Positions 42,519 through 56,100 of a DNA stretch of 64,000 nt are shown here, one piece after another (the first letter of the stretch is position 1; each line of letters opens with the position of its first letter). Position numbers and translations under genes: made by a program. Location: NCBI GenBank assembly GCA_012295275.1, contig CM022671.1, positions 18,724,001 to 18,788,000 of the forward strand, read 5' to 3'. The DNA comes from Chrysomallon squamiferum (Eukaryota; Animalia; Mollusca). The notes under the pieces are model-generated. The model was not told the DNA's origin. It searched no databases and saw only the letters and a program-made list of their open reading frames with translations.

Positions 42519-43053
42519 CTGCAATTAGGCATGCTTTTCCATTATATTTTTTCTCCATAAAAGAAACCGTTTAAACTTAAAACGTTAAAGGCTTATTGAC
42601 GAATTTTTCAAGTAACTATTTTTTTATATTGTTTTATTTTGTTTGTTTGTTTTTGTTTTTTTACTTTTAAAGCGGTACTCTAATTGTTTCTTAAAGCGTC
42701 ATCATTCAAAAGAAAAAGAAAATGAAAAGTTTGTTCACACCCAGAATAAAGGAAAGAAAAAAAAAAAAAATAAAAGTCTAATTTTTAGCGATGTTTATTA
42801 ACCAGGTAGAACGCGATTTGTCTTGTGAAAAAATTATTACATTATTTTCAAATTATTATTACAGGAATAATAGGAACTTTTATAAATAGTAAAACGTTTT
42901 GGATTTGTAGGTTTGAGCACGTCGAGATCAAATATAATTAATATCTTGTCAATCACTGGCGAATAAACTGGCATACATTTTTGAAAAATCATTTGCCTAA
43001 TGGCTAATTTCTAGCAGTTTTAAATAAGAAAATTAGTAATCCTCTAATTACAC

Positions 43054-43106
<53 letters not shown>

Positions 43107-43283
43107 CAACAATAATAATAATGAAATAGCAAGTGTTTTCTACGTAGGTAAGTTGTCCCTACGTCTTTCACATTGTTTTTCGTATCATTTCCTTTTGATT
43201 ATTTAAAGAATGTAGTTGTTCAAGCCTGTTGTGACAGTTAAAATTAGAATGCGGATGTTTTGTGAATAAAATCTTGTCAAACG

Positions 43284-43336
<53 letters not shown>

Positions 43337-43690
43337 GTGAAAAAACAATAATAATGAAATATGACTTTTTTATAACCGAATTTTATACAAAATGGATAAT
43401 GTTAAAAAATAATAATAATAAACAAATAAATAAAAACATCTATAATTACCAAAAAAGCTATTATTCTTTGCGGATGCATAATAATGACAGATACATCTGT
43501 GAATGCTGATTCAGTGAAGCAATACTGAAGCAAATATTCGTCTAAAAAATCAACATTCCATACGTGATATATGTGAGAAACAGGATTTTACTCTTTTTGT
43601 TATTTGTCATGCTGGTGAGCTACCTAGCTCATACATATGAGATGCGTCACTCATACATTATATTTACTTTTCATGACTAATACATATAAC
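42190..43690. mobile_element. 1.5-kb non-autonomous TIR element inserted in a TA run
   Basis: 42181-42278 is the reverse complement of 43602-43699 with 6 mismatches in 98 bp. The outer TATATATA on both sides is read as the target site. The interior is AT-rich and non-coding, with (AT)n and (AAT)n tracts. Confidence 0.8.
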
Positions 43691-44044
43691 TATATATATT
43701 TTGTATTATTGCTGACAATTAATATGAATATCAAATGTCTATTTCAGGTACAACGTGAATGCATCTGATATAAAAGTTAAAGTAAGTAAATGTCAAATTT
43801 TAAAAGTAACCACAAAGAATACGCCACAGTCCACTAACTATGTAAATAAGTTGCAGGCAGGCGTTCTTTTCTTATCATCACATTTTTTTTTTTTTTTTTT
43901 TTTTTTGCCCGAGTTCACTGACACATACTGTGGGTTCGTTTAACACAGTATTTAGTCATATCCTGTTTCGTTACAGTTAAGTGAAATAATCTACTACTGA
44001 CCAGTTTACTGAAACTAAACTGAAATGGTTTAACGTGCTGCACA

Positions 44045-45765
44045 ATGGAGAGGAGTTTTTTGCGGAATTTCTCTGTTATCACCTTTATACTCATCCTTGC
44101 AATCCATTTAGGTAAGCAAAAGATTTTTACAAAAGTTTTTAATCGATGAATAGTGCATGACGTGATTCTCAGCCCGTTTTAAATTCATAGATGGGGAAAG
44201 AGAGAACAGAAGAAAAAAACAAGAAAAAAGATGCTTTATGAATGGTGTACTATTTATTTTTGTTTTGCCTTATGATATATAACTGCGGAATTGTTATGTG
44301 TATTAACGTGTTACACTTTATTTAGTTAAATGTTCGGTTTTAAGCTATCAAAAAAAAAAATATATATATATATATATATATGTGATTAAGTGGCGTTATA
44401 CTCAATGTTAAATGTTAAAAGATTAATTTTTTTTTTTTTTTTTTTTTTTATTACTAACGACTGATGGTATAAAATGATGGTATACAGCTCTGTAAACGTT
44501 CCTTCTAATGACGTATTTACTTTGGACGTACAAGAAACCATTATATAACCATTACTAACCAATAATATATCTGTTATAAAAGGTATTAATGTCTGCGTTT
44601 GCTCAGTTTTGTACTTCTGTCTTGCACTAGATATATTCAATTCATTTACACCCGCTATTTACACAAGGTCTACAAGATCGACTGATATATCTCTCGTATG
44701 AACGTTGAGGTCAAATCGAGCTTATGCCAATGTGTAATATATTTTAAGGACTGGTTTACAATAGGTTGTTTGTACACATCATATATAGAGGTATTTCGCT
44801 CAAAAGAATAGTTTTATTTCAACCAACAAATTCTTAAAAAATGGATTATATAATGTTATCTAGCATAATTACAACATACACAACCACACATCTTTTCAAA
44901 CAGAGTCTTTTCAAAAGGTTTTTAATCGATGAATAGTGCATGACGTGATTCTCAGCCCGTTTTAAATTCATAAATGGGGAAAGAGAGAACAGAAGAAAAC
45001 AAGAAAAAAGATGCTTTATGAATGGTGTACTGTTTATTTTTGTTTTGCCTTATGATATATAACTGCGGAATTGTTATGTGTATTAACGTGTTACACTTTA
45101 TTTAGTTAAATGTTCGGTTTTAAGCTATCAAAAAAAAAAATATATATATATATGTGATTAAGTGGCGTTATACTCAATGTTAAATGTTAAAAGATTAATT
45201 TTTTTTTTTTTTTTTTTACTAACGACTGATGGTATAAAATGATGGTATACAGCTCTGTAAACGTTCCTTCTAATGACGTATTTACTTTGGACGTACAAGA
45301 AACCATTATATAACCATTACTAACCCATAATATATGTGTTATAAAAGGTATTAATGCCTGCGTTTGCTCAGTTTTATACTTCTGTTTTGCACTAGATATA
45401 TTCATTTCATTTACACCCTCTATTTACACAAGGTGTACAAGATTCCCGACTGATACATCTCTCGTATGAACGTTGAGGTCAAATCGAGCTTTTGCCAATG
45501 TGTAATATATTTTAAGGACTGGTTTACAATAGGTTGTTTGTACATACCATATATAGACGTATTTCGCTCAAAAGAATATTTTTATTTCAACCGACAAATT
45601 CTTAAAAAATGGATTATATAATGTTATCTAGCATAATTACAACATACACAACCACACATCTTTTCAAACAGTCGTCACGAAAAGTAAACTGACCATAAGT
45701 GTAACCCGAACAGATTCTAGCTATTCTTTCAGTAATAATAATAATTATTATAAACTACAGTATAT

Positions 45766-45840
<75 letters not shown>

Positions 45841-48257
45841 ACAAACGAACAAAAACAAACAAAAACTCCAAAGAATACGAACCTGTTATTTTCTTTTTAT
45901 GATTTGCTACCTATTTGGGTGTACATGAAATGTTTGTTTTATTTTCAGATGCTGTCTCTACTGAATGCAATCAAGCCCTTGGTTTAGAAGATGGAAGTCT
46001 CTTAGACTCTCAGTTTACGGCTACATCAGTCTACAGCAATAACTATTCACCTTGGAAAGCTAGAATTAACTCTAGTGGTAAAAATTATATTCATATATAA
46101 TGATAAATATTTAAAAGAATAATCTTTCTCGGTGATGGAATGGTCAAGTCGTCGTTTTGTTTATTGTTAGGTACTGGGTGCGGGTAATAGATGTAACAGC
46201 ATATTTCCTTTAAAAATATTTTGATATGACTAGAGTCATATATTATTTGTTCCTCAAAGAAGTATTCTTTTATACCTACTCCGATATTAACTAATATTAT
46301 TTTCTTCTATTAATGTATATTCTATCTTCCTAACAAATACTTTAATATCTTCTTTTACTAATACATCTCGGAACGACTACAATCATAATTCAAACATTTT
46401 AAAACTTTCGTTTAAATCATTCACGTTCCAGAGGGATGGATTGCTAGAAATTATGACACACATCAGCATCTCATCATTAACTTCACCCAGGAAATGGACA
46501 TCACAGAAATTGCCTTCGAGGCTGCCAAAAATGGATGGTATACCAAACAAGTTAAGATATTTTACAGTATCGACAACCTCGTTTGGTATGCCTATTCCAA
46601 CATCAACGATGAAACGGTTTTCACTGCAAATTCTGCGCGAAACCAAGTACAACGAATTCGCCTAGTCCCTGAAATAAAAGTAAGAATACTCATTTATTCT
46701 TTTCATTATTAATTAATTTATTTTTATTTCTGTTCTGGACAAATTTTACAAATGTTATTTAACTAAGTTAAAGCAAAGCAGTATTTTATAACAGCGCTAG
46801 TGTGAACAATACTTAATAAAATATTTGAGAAAAAAAATGTTCTTATCGTCTTCACTGATTTTGATGTACCGTAACCTATTCTTCAGAGTTCACTGGCTGA
46901 GTATTTGCTTACTAGTTCATTTCAAAGATTTACGAGGCGAAATTATAACCAGTTAACGACAATTAAATAAACTGCAATAATTTTGGATTTGGTATATGTG
47001 AATATGTGATTAAAGTCACAAACGCGAAAAATTAAGCATAACACAAACTTGTCTTTAAAAACAAAAAGAAACCAAATCAGAAAACGAAAAAGAAACAGCG
47101 ACAGGAATTAGTAGCATCAAGTGAAGATGTTACATTTTAGGGCTGTAAAACAGCAACTCTTCTCAAAATTAGATTTTCCTAATGAATTTTCAAAATCTGT
47201 AAAATCAGTAAAAAGAATCACAATATTCGTTGCTAGGATTATTCGTGGTGTGTGATTGTTTGTCAGAAGGTCTTCTTGTGTGAAGACACAGAAACACCGA
47301 TGGATACTTACTGGTTTGAATGCTTTGGCTCTGGCTTGGTTTAGAGATCATACAAAATCAATGACTGTAGAGTGGATATAGAAACAATGCAGGAAAATAA
47401 AAAAAATTCATCAAAATAAAGTAAATTAATAGGAATGGTTGGATTTAACAGAAGAACTTTCTGCATTTAGGTTACTTCAGGAGTGTATTCTTGACCGTAA
47501 CTACACTGACGCAAATGCTTCATACAAAGATTTTATTTTAAAAATATAAAATATAAATCTCTATTTCGATAGAAACGATATCCACTGAATGAATTCGTTT
47601 ATGTCTACGATTTCCGTTTGAAGTCTACCGACATCGTTGCAATGAAAGACATAATTGACTTCAAAGACATCAGCTTTTGCCTCATTTCAAAAAGTGTCTA
47701 GATACGACCATGGTATTATTAACACATTTAATATATAATTCCTTTCATCTTCATGTTTTCATTAGTCATTTATTTGTTTATTTATTTCTTCGAAACGTTT
47801 TTAAAAAATGGATTTAGTAACTTCTGTGCGATTGTTATTCGATATGTATTCCAAGATTACAATGAAAAATCATTGTTTCAACACAGCACTAGATTACTAC
47901 TTCTTGAGCACAATTACATACGTAATGTTTTATTAAATAATTTTATATATTTTATTTCAGGCCAGGTTTGTTGCTATCAATCCGATACGGTTCAATAGCC
48001 GCCCTGCTCTGCGTCTGGAATTCTTTGGCTGTCAAGTGACGTCACCAACACCTCTTAGACACACCATAGTTACACAAGATGTTGAAGTAGGTACCACAGT
48101 TAAATATTAAACATTTTAATTTCTTAAAATAAATTGATCACTTTCTTAATTTAGCTAAATGGTATATTTTATATGCATCTTCCCACAGGCAGAAAATGTG
48201 TATGTCTTTGATAAATTAATATGAAGTATTAAGCGTATGTTATTATCATTTCAGTAT

Positions 48258-48293
<36 letters not shown>

Positions 48294-51200
48294 AGCATCA
48301 TGTAAAATAATGTCAATAAAAACTCTTTAAGATAAACCAACGTAAATTATATTTCTGATTACCCATCAAGCCATATATATCCCTGAACTCTTTTGCCTAT
48401 GAACCAATACGATCTGGACATGGGCAAGTGTCTTACACAAAGGCGTGTTCTTGGTGACCACTCTAGCAATTAGCTGAACTTTGGTCACCATGGAATTCCA
48501 CATTTTGTTCAAAGTCATTGCCTGAGATTCAAACTACACATCCTCTCCCTCAACATGGTCATGTACTACATCATAATCTGAAGAAAAAAACTTAGAATTC
48601 CAAATATTTTCTTACCCTTTTGGAGTAATGACCCAGGCTTTTTTCAGAAAAGCAATTTGCTTGTGGAACTACGAAAAAGAAATAGTTTACTCTCAAATAA
48701 GGAAGAAAGAGGAGTTAATCATTTATGGACCATGAAGACCAGAAAATACAGAGATCGGTATCACCTCCGATCTCAACGTGTTATATAAACAGTACCTTGC
48801 ACAAATATATATTTTGAAATATTCACGTGATGTTCCTTATACATAAAGCTCCACCATCCCCGCTCGGAATTCTCAGTCCAACAAACGTTATTTTTGATTG
48901 GTTAAAATTATATGGCTTGAAGGCCGCGATTTACGAACTTTTCGAAGTGAAAACTGGCCTGCACTGAAAAATGATATACAGTTGTTCCACAAGTGATGTT
49001 TGGAGAAAATGGGCTGTTTTTAAAGGCTAAAACTATTACCGAATTTGTTTCAAAGAGAATTTGCAAAAATCAGCGACACCTCTGGGTTCGATGTCTATTT
49101 CTGTAATTTATAGTACAAAAGTCAATGAATGAATGAATGAATATACATGCATATCTGCAAACTATCACTGAAACAGAAATATTCGGCCTGGCTGTCAAAT
49201 AAGGGCTCAATTTCAGATTCCTTCTGCTGTTCTGAGTAAAACTAATCAAGTGTCTGTATGTTTGAATGTGCTTGGTTTTAATCCATGAATACAAAGAAAC
49301 GTTTCCTTAATTTACTGGATTTTCACTTTCACAATACATTTGTAACTTTGATCAGAGAATGGATTTTTTATTTGTTATTTCATTTTCAGGCAGTTCAAGA
49401 ATGGATTCCAAGTTTAAGTCCATATGTTATCAACAAAAGAATTACGATTCGTCCAGCTGGAAGCCTGACAGTTCACGCTGGTGTCAATGTGATTTTCAAC
49501 TCATCCGACTCGGGGCTGTTTGTTCTTGGTACAAAATTATCTTTATACAAGTCATGAAGTCAAGAATATGAAAACATGACAGACGGTCCTGTAATAGAAA
49601 TGAATTTATGAATGTTTAAAACCAAAATGCATTTTACTACTAACAGTTATTAATTTGATAATATGTTTTGTGTGTATAACAACAGTCATGATGGAATTCT
49701 TACATTATTTGCAATATATTTATAAATATTCGTAGATCACAAAATACCCCAAACTGCAGCAACAAGAAAGCCATTTATTTATTATGGAACATTTAAAGTA
49801 TTTGCATTTTATGTAGTTATTATTTTATATTCTATAAATAGGTGGGGTTTTGGAGTTGTTTTCTATTTTACTTTTTTGTGTCTTTGGTTTTTCTATCTAT
49901 AGAGTTTGTTTCTGCAGGAACTTTTTTGTCAGAAGGTATTTTTAGCATAGGTCAATGCAGAACTGAAATAACAACAAAACAAAAATTTTAATTGTTAGTT
50001 GGGATGTTGTCCATGTAAAAAGTATGAACAATAGCATTAATTACTGACAGTTAAGTTTTCCATAAAGCAGAAGTGATTTAATTATCACATTATACATCTT
50101 GTTTCACAATAACCCATAAATATTTACACAGACCCAGCAGTTATACATCTACCAAACAAAGAAAATTAAATAGTAGTAAAAAAATGCCTTATATTTGTTT
50201 GATTTGTTTCAATTTTAATATTCATAGTAAAAAAATGAAACATCAACTATTAATGCCCTTCATGTTTAAAAACAGAATTAAAATTTATGACACTGTAAAT
50301 TAAACAGTATATCGTCTTTGAATTTTGGACCTTACATATTTCATGAAATTAGTGCCTCATTTATTGTCATTTGTGAACAGTTTGCACATTGTAACATTGT
50401 TGCATGAAGACTGTTACTAAAAATTAGAATCAATACAATCATAAAACACCTGAAAATAATTTTTGTTTTTTCTCTTACACCAAGTTACATGAAATTTGAA
50501 GCTGTCTCTTACAATACCAGACAAAATATATGTTTATTCATTTTTAAAAATGTGCAGTTTAAGAATTAGTTTTAACAACAAATCAAGTACTATCTGAATT
50601 ATGGATGATTTATGACTCCAAATATTTTATGATAACGTTGTTTAATTTTGTTTTTTCATTTCTGTTAAAGGAAATTTAGTGTGTAAAGGCAAGGAAGGTT
50701 TGCCTGTGACATTTTGGTCATCCAAAATTCCAACACATCCATCAGCTGACTGGACTGGAATAGAAGTAGTATCACCAGGTAAAATAGTTTGATTAAATTT
50801 TTTCAAATAAATGTATGTCTTTTGGTTTTTAAATACATATTCATGCATTATCACTCACTCTCTTTTCTCTCTCTCACATGAATACACGTAAAAATGTGCT
50901 TATATATTGATTGAATAAACAAATTTAACCTCTCCTCTCCAGATATGTGCATCAAAATGTAATTCTGCTAAATAATGATTATGAAGAAGTAAATATGATT
51001 GTTTTGTGTAATTGCAGGAAAGATAAATTTGGAGATAACTGACATACGCAGAGCAGCAACTGCAATCCAAGGGCCTGTTGATTCTGTTGTTATTCACAAC
51101 TCTTCAATTCATATGAATGTTAATGGTCTAATTTTTAACAGAGGTGGAACCAATTCATCCAAAGTAACTCTGGACAGGGTAGAAATTTCTGGAACTTCAA

Positions 51201-53144
51201 ATCATGGCATTACTTTGAAAACCACAGAGAAAGAAAGTCACTTTCTGATGAAGAATTGTCTTGTCATGTCAAATGGTGGACAGGGAGTATATATCGAAAC
51301 AGGTTTCTTTATGTTTAAAGCAGAAAACTGTAGTTTCTCACATAATTCACAGAATGGAATTTACAGCTCAAGCCATGGTGGCAGTATATATTTAGAAAAA
51401 TGCTCTTGTATAGGCAATAAACAAAATGGTTTTAATTTGTATAACAGATATGGAGGCTCTTTTCGAGATGTTATTATAGACTCATCAAATTTTGAAAATA
51501 ATCAATACTATGGTATCAGAATTCATGCTTATTCTATATTCAGTGGATCACAAATTAAAATAGAGAATTCTAGCTTTAATGACAATAAAAATAAAGGATT
51601 ATATATTTACACAAAACCTTATAGCAATCATTTAACATTAACCTTTGGAAACAATAGCTTTGTTGGTGATTCATGTGAAATAAATGTCAACTCTGTCAGT
51701 AAGAAGTTTAAACTAAATATGGAGAACAGCCAGTTCTTTAAATCTGTTGATAGTTTACAGATCAGAATTGAAAATGTAAATAGTAATGCTGATGCCAGTG
51801 TTGATATTTCACATAATAACTTTACATTTATTGGAGGACGACATGCTTTACATCTGAAACACAATGGAGGAACAGTAATGGGAAATAATTTTATAAATTG
51901 TTCATCAACTGTGTCAGCCATCTTTGTCACAAGTTCTAAAACTCTCATCAACCAAAATGTCTTTTCCAACCCTGAAGCACTTTATGAAATTACAACCAGT
52001 GTGTCTTTCATTGAACATTCCTATCTGAATGCAAGTGGTAACTATTGGGGATTAGTAGATTTACATGCAATACGTTCTCGCATATGTGACTTCTTCTGCA
52101 ACATGGAAAAGATAGAAATTTGGCTGGAACCAATATCTCTGTCCACAGACTTCTCTGAAACTGTTGAGAACAAGAGTGGAAGAATATTTGATTCCACAGA
52201 GTTAAATAATACGGGTGGTATTCTGAATCAGGACATTGTGCTTCATGCTAACAAACGTTACATCATTTCAAGAACAATTTACATCCCAGCAGGGATCACA
52301 CTGACCATCAGTGGCAACACAACTCTGCAGTTCCAGCAGAACAGAGGGATTTTTGTTAAAGGTATACATATATATATATATATATATTTAATATATTAAA
52401 TGATAATCTGTACAGTATGCTTTAAAGTAATATAATTTTACAGATAAAAAAAACTGTCCAACAAGAAATGATTATTTTAAACTTGAGACCAATAATTTGA
52501 TTGTACATAAAAGAAAATAAAACCTCAAAATAATTTGGCTAAAGAATTAACTTTTGGCATTTAAAATAGCAGTCAAGTTTTAAAATGTATATTTAGAACT
52601 TTTAACTTTAAGGAAGAATTTCTAAAAATATTATGATTAATGTTCCATTACATTGTATATTACATACTGAAAGAAGAAGTATAGAAATGTTAGGTTACAT
52701 ATCGTTTTCAAATAAATTATGATTTTTGTAAAGGTACTTTAAACTTTGAGGAAACAGAGGAAGATATAAAGCTGTCAAGTTATGGAAGTGGAAAATGGAA
52801 AGGTGTTTCTTACAAATATATCAGCAATGCAAATTACAGTGCAGGTATTGTCTTCTTTTCTTATAGGCAGTATTTTTTTAATCTGAAGAATGCTCACTGA
52901 AAGTATTTTATAGTGATAAATGTTAATTACAGTGTTATTCTTTAAAATGTCAAATTCACTGTATTTGTTTATGAAGAATTGTTAAGAAACTTCTTGTTAA
53001 CAGATTAATTGTAATTGTATTCAGCAGGCAAGAAACAACAGACTTTTTAATATTCTTGTCTATGAACTGTAAAGAGCTTTACCTGTCTATTCAGATTAAA
53101 CAACTCTATTAGAAAATCTGGATGATCTTTTTTCCATAAACCAT

Positions 53145-53183
<39 letters not shown>

Positions 53184-56100
53184 TTTATTTTTTTATTTAT
53201 TTATTTATTTAATAAGTTGGTGATTGAAACTACCAACATAATTTTTCACCATTTTTTTTTTTTTTTTTTTTATATTTTTTTTTGGTTAGATACAGTGGTC
53301 AAACATGTCCAGATAACTGGAGCTGAAACCTGCATTAGTTTTTATAACAACCACACAGGTTCTGTGTTGATTAATGATGTGAGGTTATCATGTAACAAGG
53401 CACTGTACTTCAACGTTCTGAAAGGTCATATAGTAAAAATAAACAATTCTTCAGTATACAGTCAAGTTGATGTTAATTTGGAAACAACAGATAAAGTTAT
53501 AGTAAACATAACCAATGTGACAAGTAAGACATCATCTCAGGATTCATTGATAATCAGTCCTTCTTATGACAAACATGCTAATATCAGTGTGATTATTAAG
53601 TCTTCACATTATTCAAGTTCTGGAGGATGGATGTTTTACCTTGATTCTTATTATGCCCACATTAGTCTCACGTTAGAAGATGTATCTGTGACTTCTAGAT
53701 ATGGTATACATATGTCTGGGGTTTCCCCTGAACTGAACATATATGCATCAAATATAACAACAACTGACCAAGGTATTTATGTTTATTTTAGAAATACTAA
53801 TGAGAAAATAAAGAATCTCAACACAATAATGATTAATAACAGCAATATTGAAGTAAAACGGTACAGTGAAGCATTTTCATTTCATTCATCATCCAGTTTT
53901 GACAAAAGCTACAATATTTTAATACACAATAACAGCATTAAAGGAAATAGTGGCAGTGAGATAGTTAACATCCGAACAAACAATGCACCCTGGAATGTTA
54001 TTTTTACTGAGAACAAAGTTACAGTGACCAAGTCTGGTTGGGCAGTGTCATACAGAGGAAAATGTTCCATCTTCAACATATCAAGTAATACTTTAAAGAG
54101 CAGTTCTAGAGCAATGAAACTGGACTTTCAAAACAGCCATAAAGCCCAAATTTTATTACAGGACAACAAGATGAGTGGAATGTTGGATTTGTCATCAACA
54201 ACTGGATTAGAAACACCAATCATATTTGAAAATAATTTAGTTAGTAAGCCTAGCATCGTTCTGAAATCACCAGATATTATCTTACGAGAAAATGTTTTTG
54301 AAAACATAACTGATTCTTACATAATCCGTTTTGCTAAAACTGGTTACAGCACACGACAAATAAATGCAAGTTACAATTACTGGGGAATGACAGATTTTAA
54401 AATGATAAGACAAAAAATCTATGATTCATCATATTCTCAAGACCTCCCAACAATCTCGATTGTCCCATTTTATGACTCCAGAAACCTGTCGAAGCTAACA
54501 TACCCGAACTTAGCTTTTCTGTCATCAGACGGAACAATTGGTGGATCTGTTGGTGGCAATGTTATACTGACAGCTGAAAACAGCCCCTACAGAGTTGTGT
54601 CAAACATCCTTGTGTCCAAGAAGGAAAGTCTTACCATAGAAGCAGGTGTTATGTTACTTTTTCAAAAAAATCTGAAAATGATTGTTGAAGGTAAGAAGAA
54701 ATTTTATAAACTGAAGGATAAATGAAATCTTAATTTAACACAAGTGTGTGATATTTTAAAAGATATAAAGAAGTCTTTTATATTATTATTATATTCTTAT
54801 ACTCTATACTCATTATTAATTATTAATTATTAATGTAAATGGAAAATATTTTATGTGATTAAAGTGAGTGTTATTTTTTTCTAGGTAAACTGAATATAAG
54901 TGGAACCTATATGTCACCTGTTAAAGTTGTGCCAGAGGTCCCAACAGAAAAATGGGGAGGAATTTTTCTCAGAGGTCAAATATGTAAGTATTCATATATA
55001 GCTCTGTGTGTGTGTGTGTGTTAGTATCTTTCAGTATTTCCTTTGATCTAAGTACTGAATCAGAATTACGTTTATCATCATCATTATCATTATGATTTAG
55101 GTTTTCAGTCAGATACCATATTTGATGGTATGTAATTGTGATCTTTTTTCTTTTTTAGATGTCAAAGAAAAAAATAATAATATATAATTAAAATGTACAT
55201 TTTTTGATATAGAGATGTAATCTAAATATATTTGGAAATGGCTATTTTTGGCCCATATAGTCTTAATTAATAGCAAATATAATAACAAAACTGCTAATTT
55301 AAAAAAACATATGTTGGAATAGCCATTTTTTGTATTCATTTTGTTCAAGGACTTCTGTTTTTTCTTGTACTCAAAATGGCAACATTCATATATTTTGAAA
55401 TAGAATTGTTTTTATTATCATACTTTTTACCAATGACAGATGGCCCAAAACATTAATATAATGATTTGGAAGGATAAAGATTTTGCTTTCAGTATTCTAA
55501 AATTTCTTTGGTCAGAAAAATAAATAATTTTATTAAAATTATGTTTACTGAGAATTTAAATTACTTTTCAAAAGAGGTTTCTCCAACTGCATTTGTATTC
55601 CATTAACAAGCCATTAGATGATAAACCATTTCATTAAAATTTGTATTAATTATTTAAAATGTATAGTTTAAAAAATTACACGAAAGACAGAAAGATGTTA
55701 TAATAATAGCAAAAATTTAATAAAAATTCATATTAAACTCTCATGTTTTGGTTACCTTTATACCCTGAGACACTATTAAGATGACTAAAACAAGAAAATG
55801 TTATTTTTTCCAACTATCTCTCCAGACCTACCATTACCAACCAGTTCCTCCAGAGTCCGGCTGATCAATGATGCAGCAAATAATGTGAACAAGACCCTTT
55901 CATCAAGTCCAGTGAGGGAAGGTCGACTGGAAGTGTTTGTGGATGACAAGTGGGGCACTGTGTGTGATGATGGGTTTGATGACAAAGATGCTATGGTTGT
56001 GTGTCGGATGATGGGATTTGAGTAAGTTCTATTCTTGTGCAACTTAATTTTCAAAATTGTATAAATTGTTTGCTTTCTATAATTTACTGTTTCATAATAA

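Noticed and set aside
44386-45405. Twin minus-strand ORFs (MNISSA...) as a small gene family
   Set aside because: By-product of the intronic tandem duplication; poly-K comes from T-runs and the endings differ.
48360-48580. Possible tRNA-derived SINE or tRNA (B-box-like GTTTGAATC on the - strand, TGGTGACCA hairpin)
   Set aside because: No cloverleaf, clear A box or TSD; too weak to call without a repeat library.
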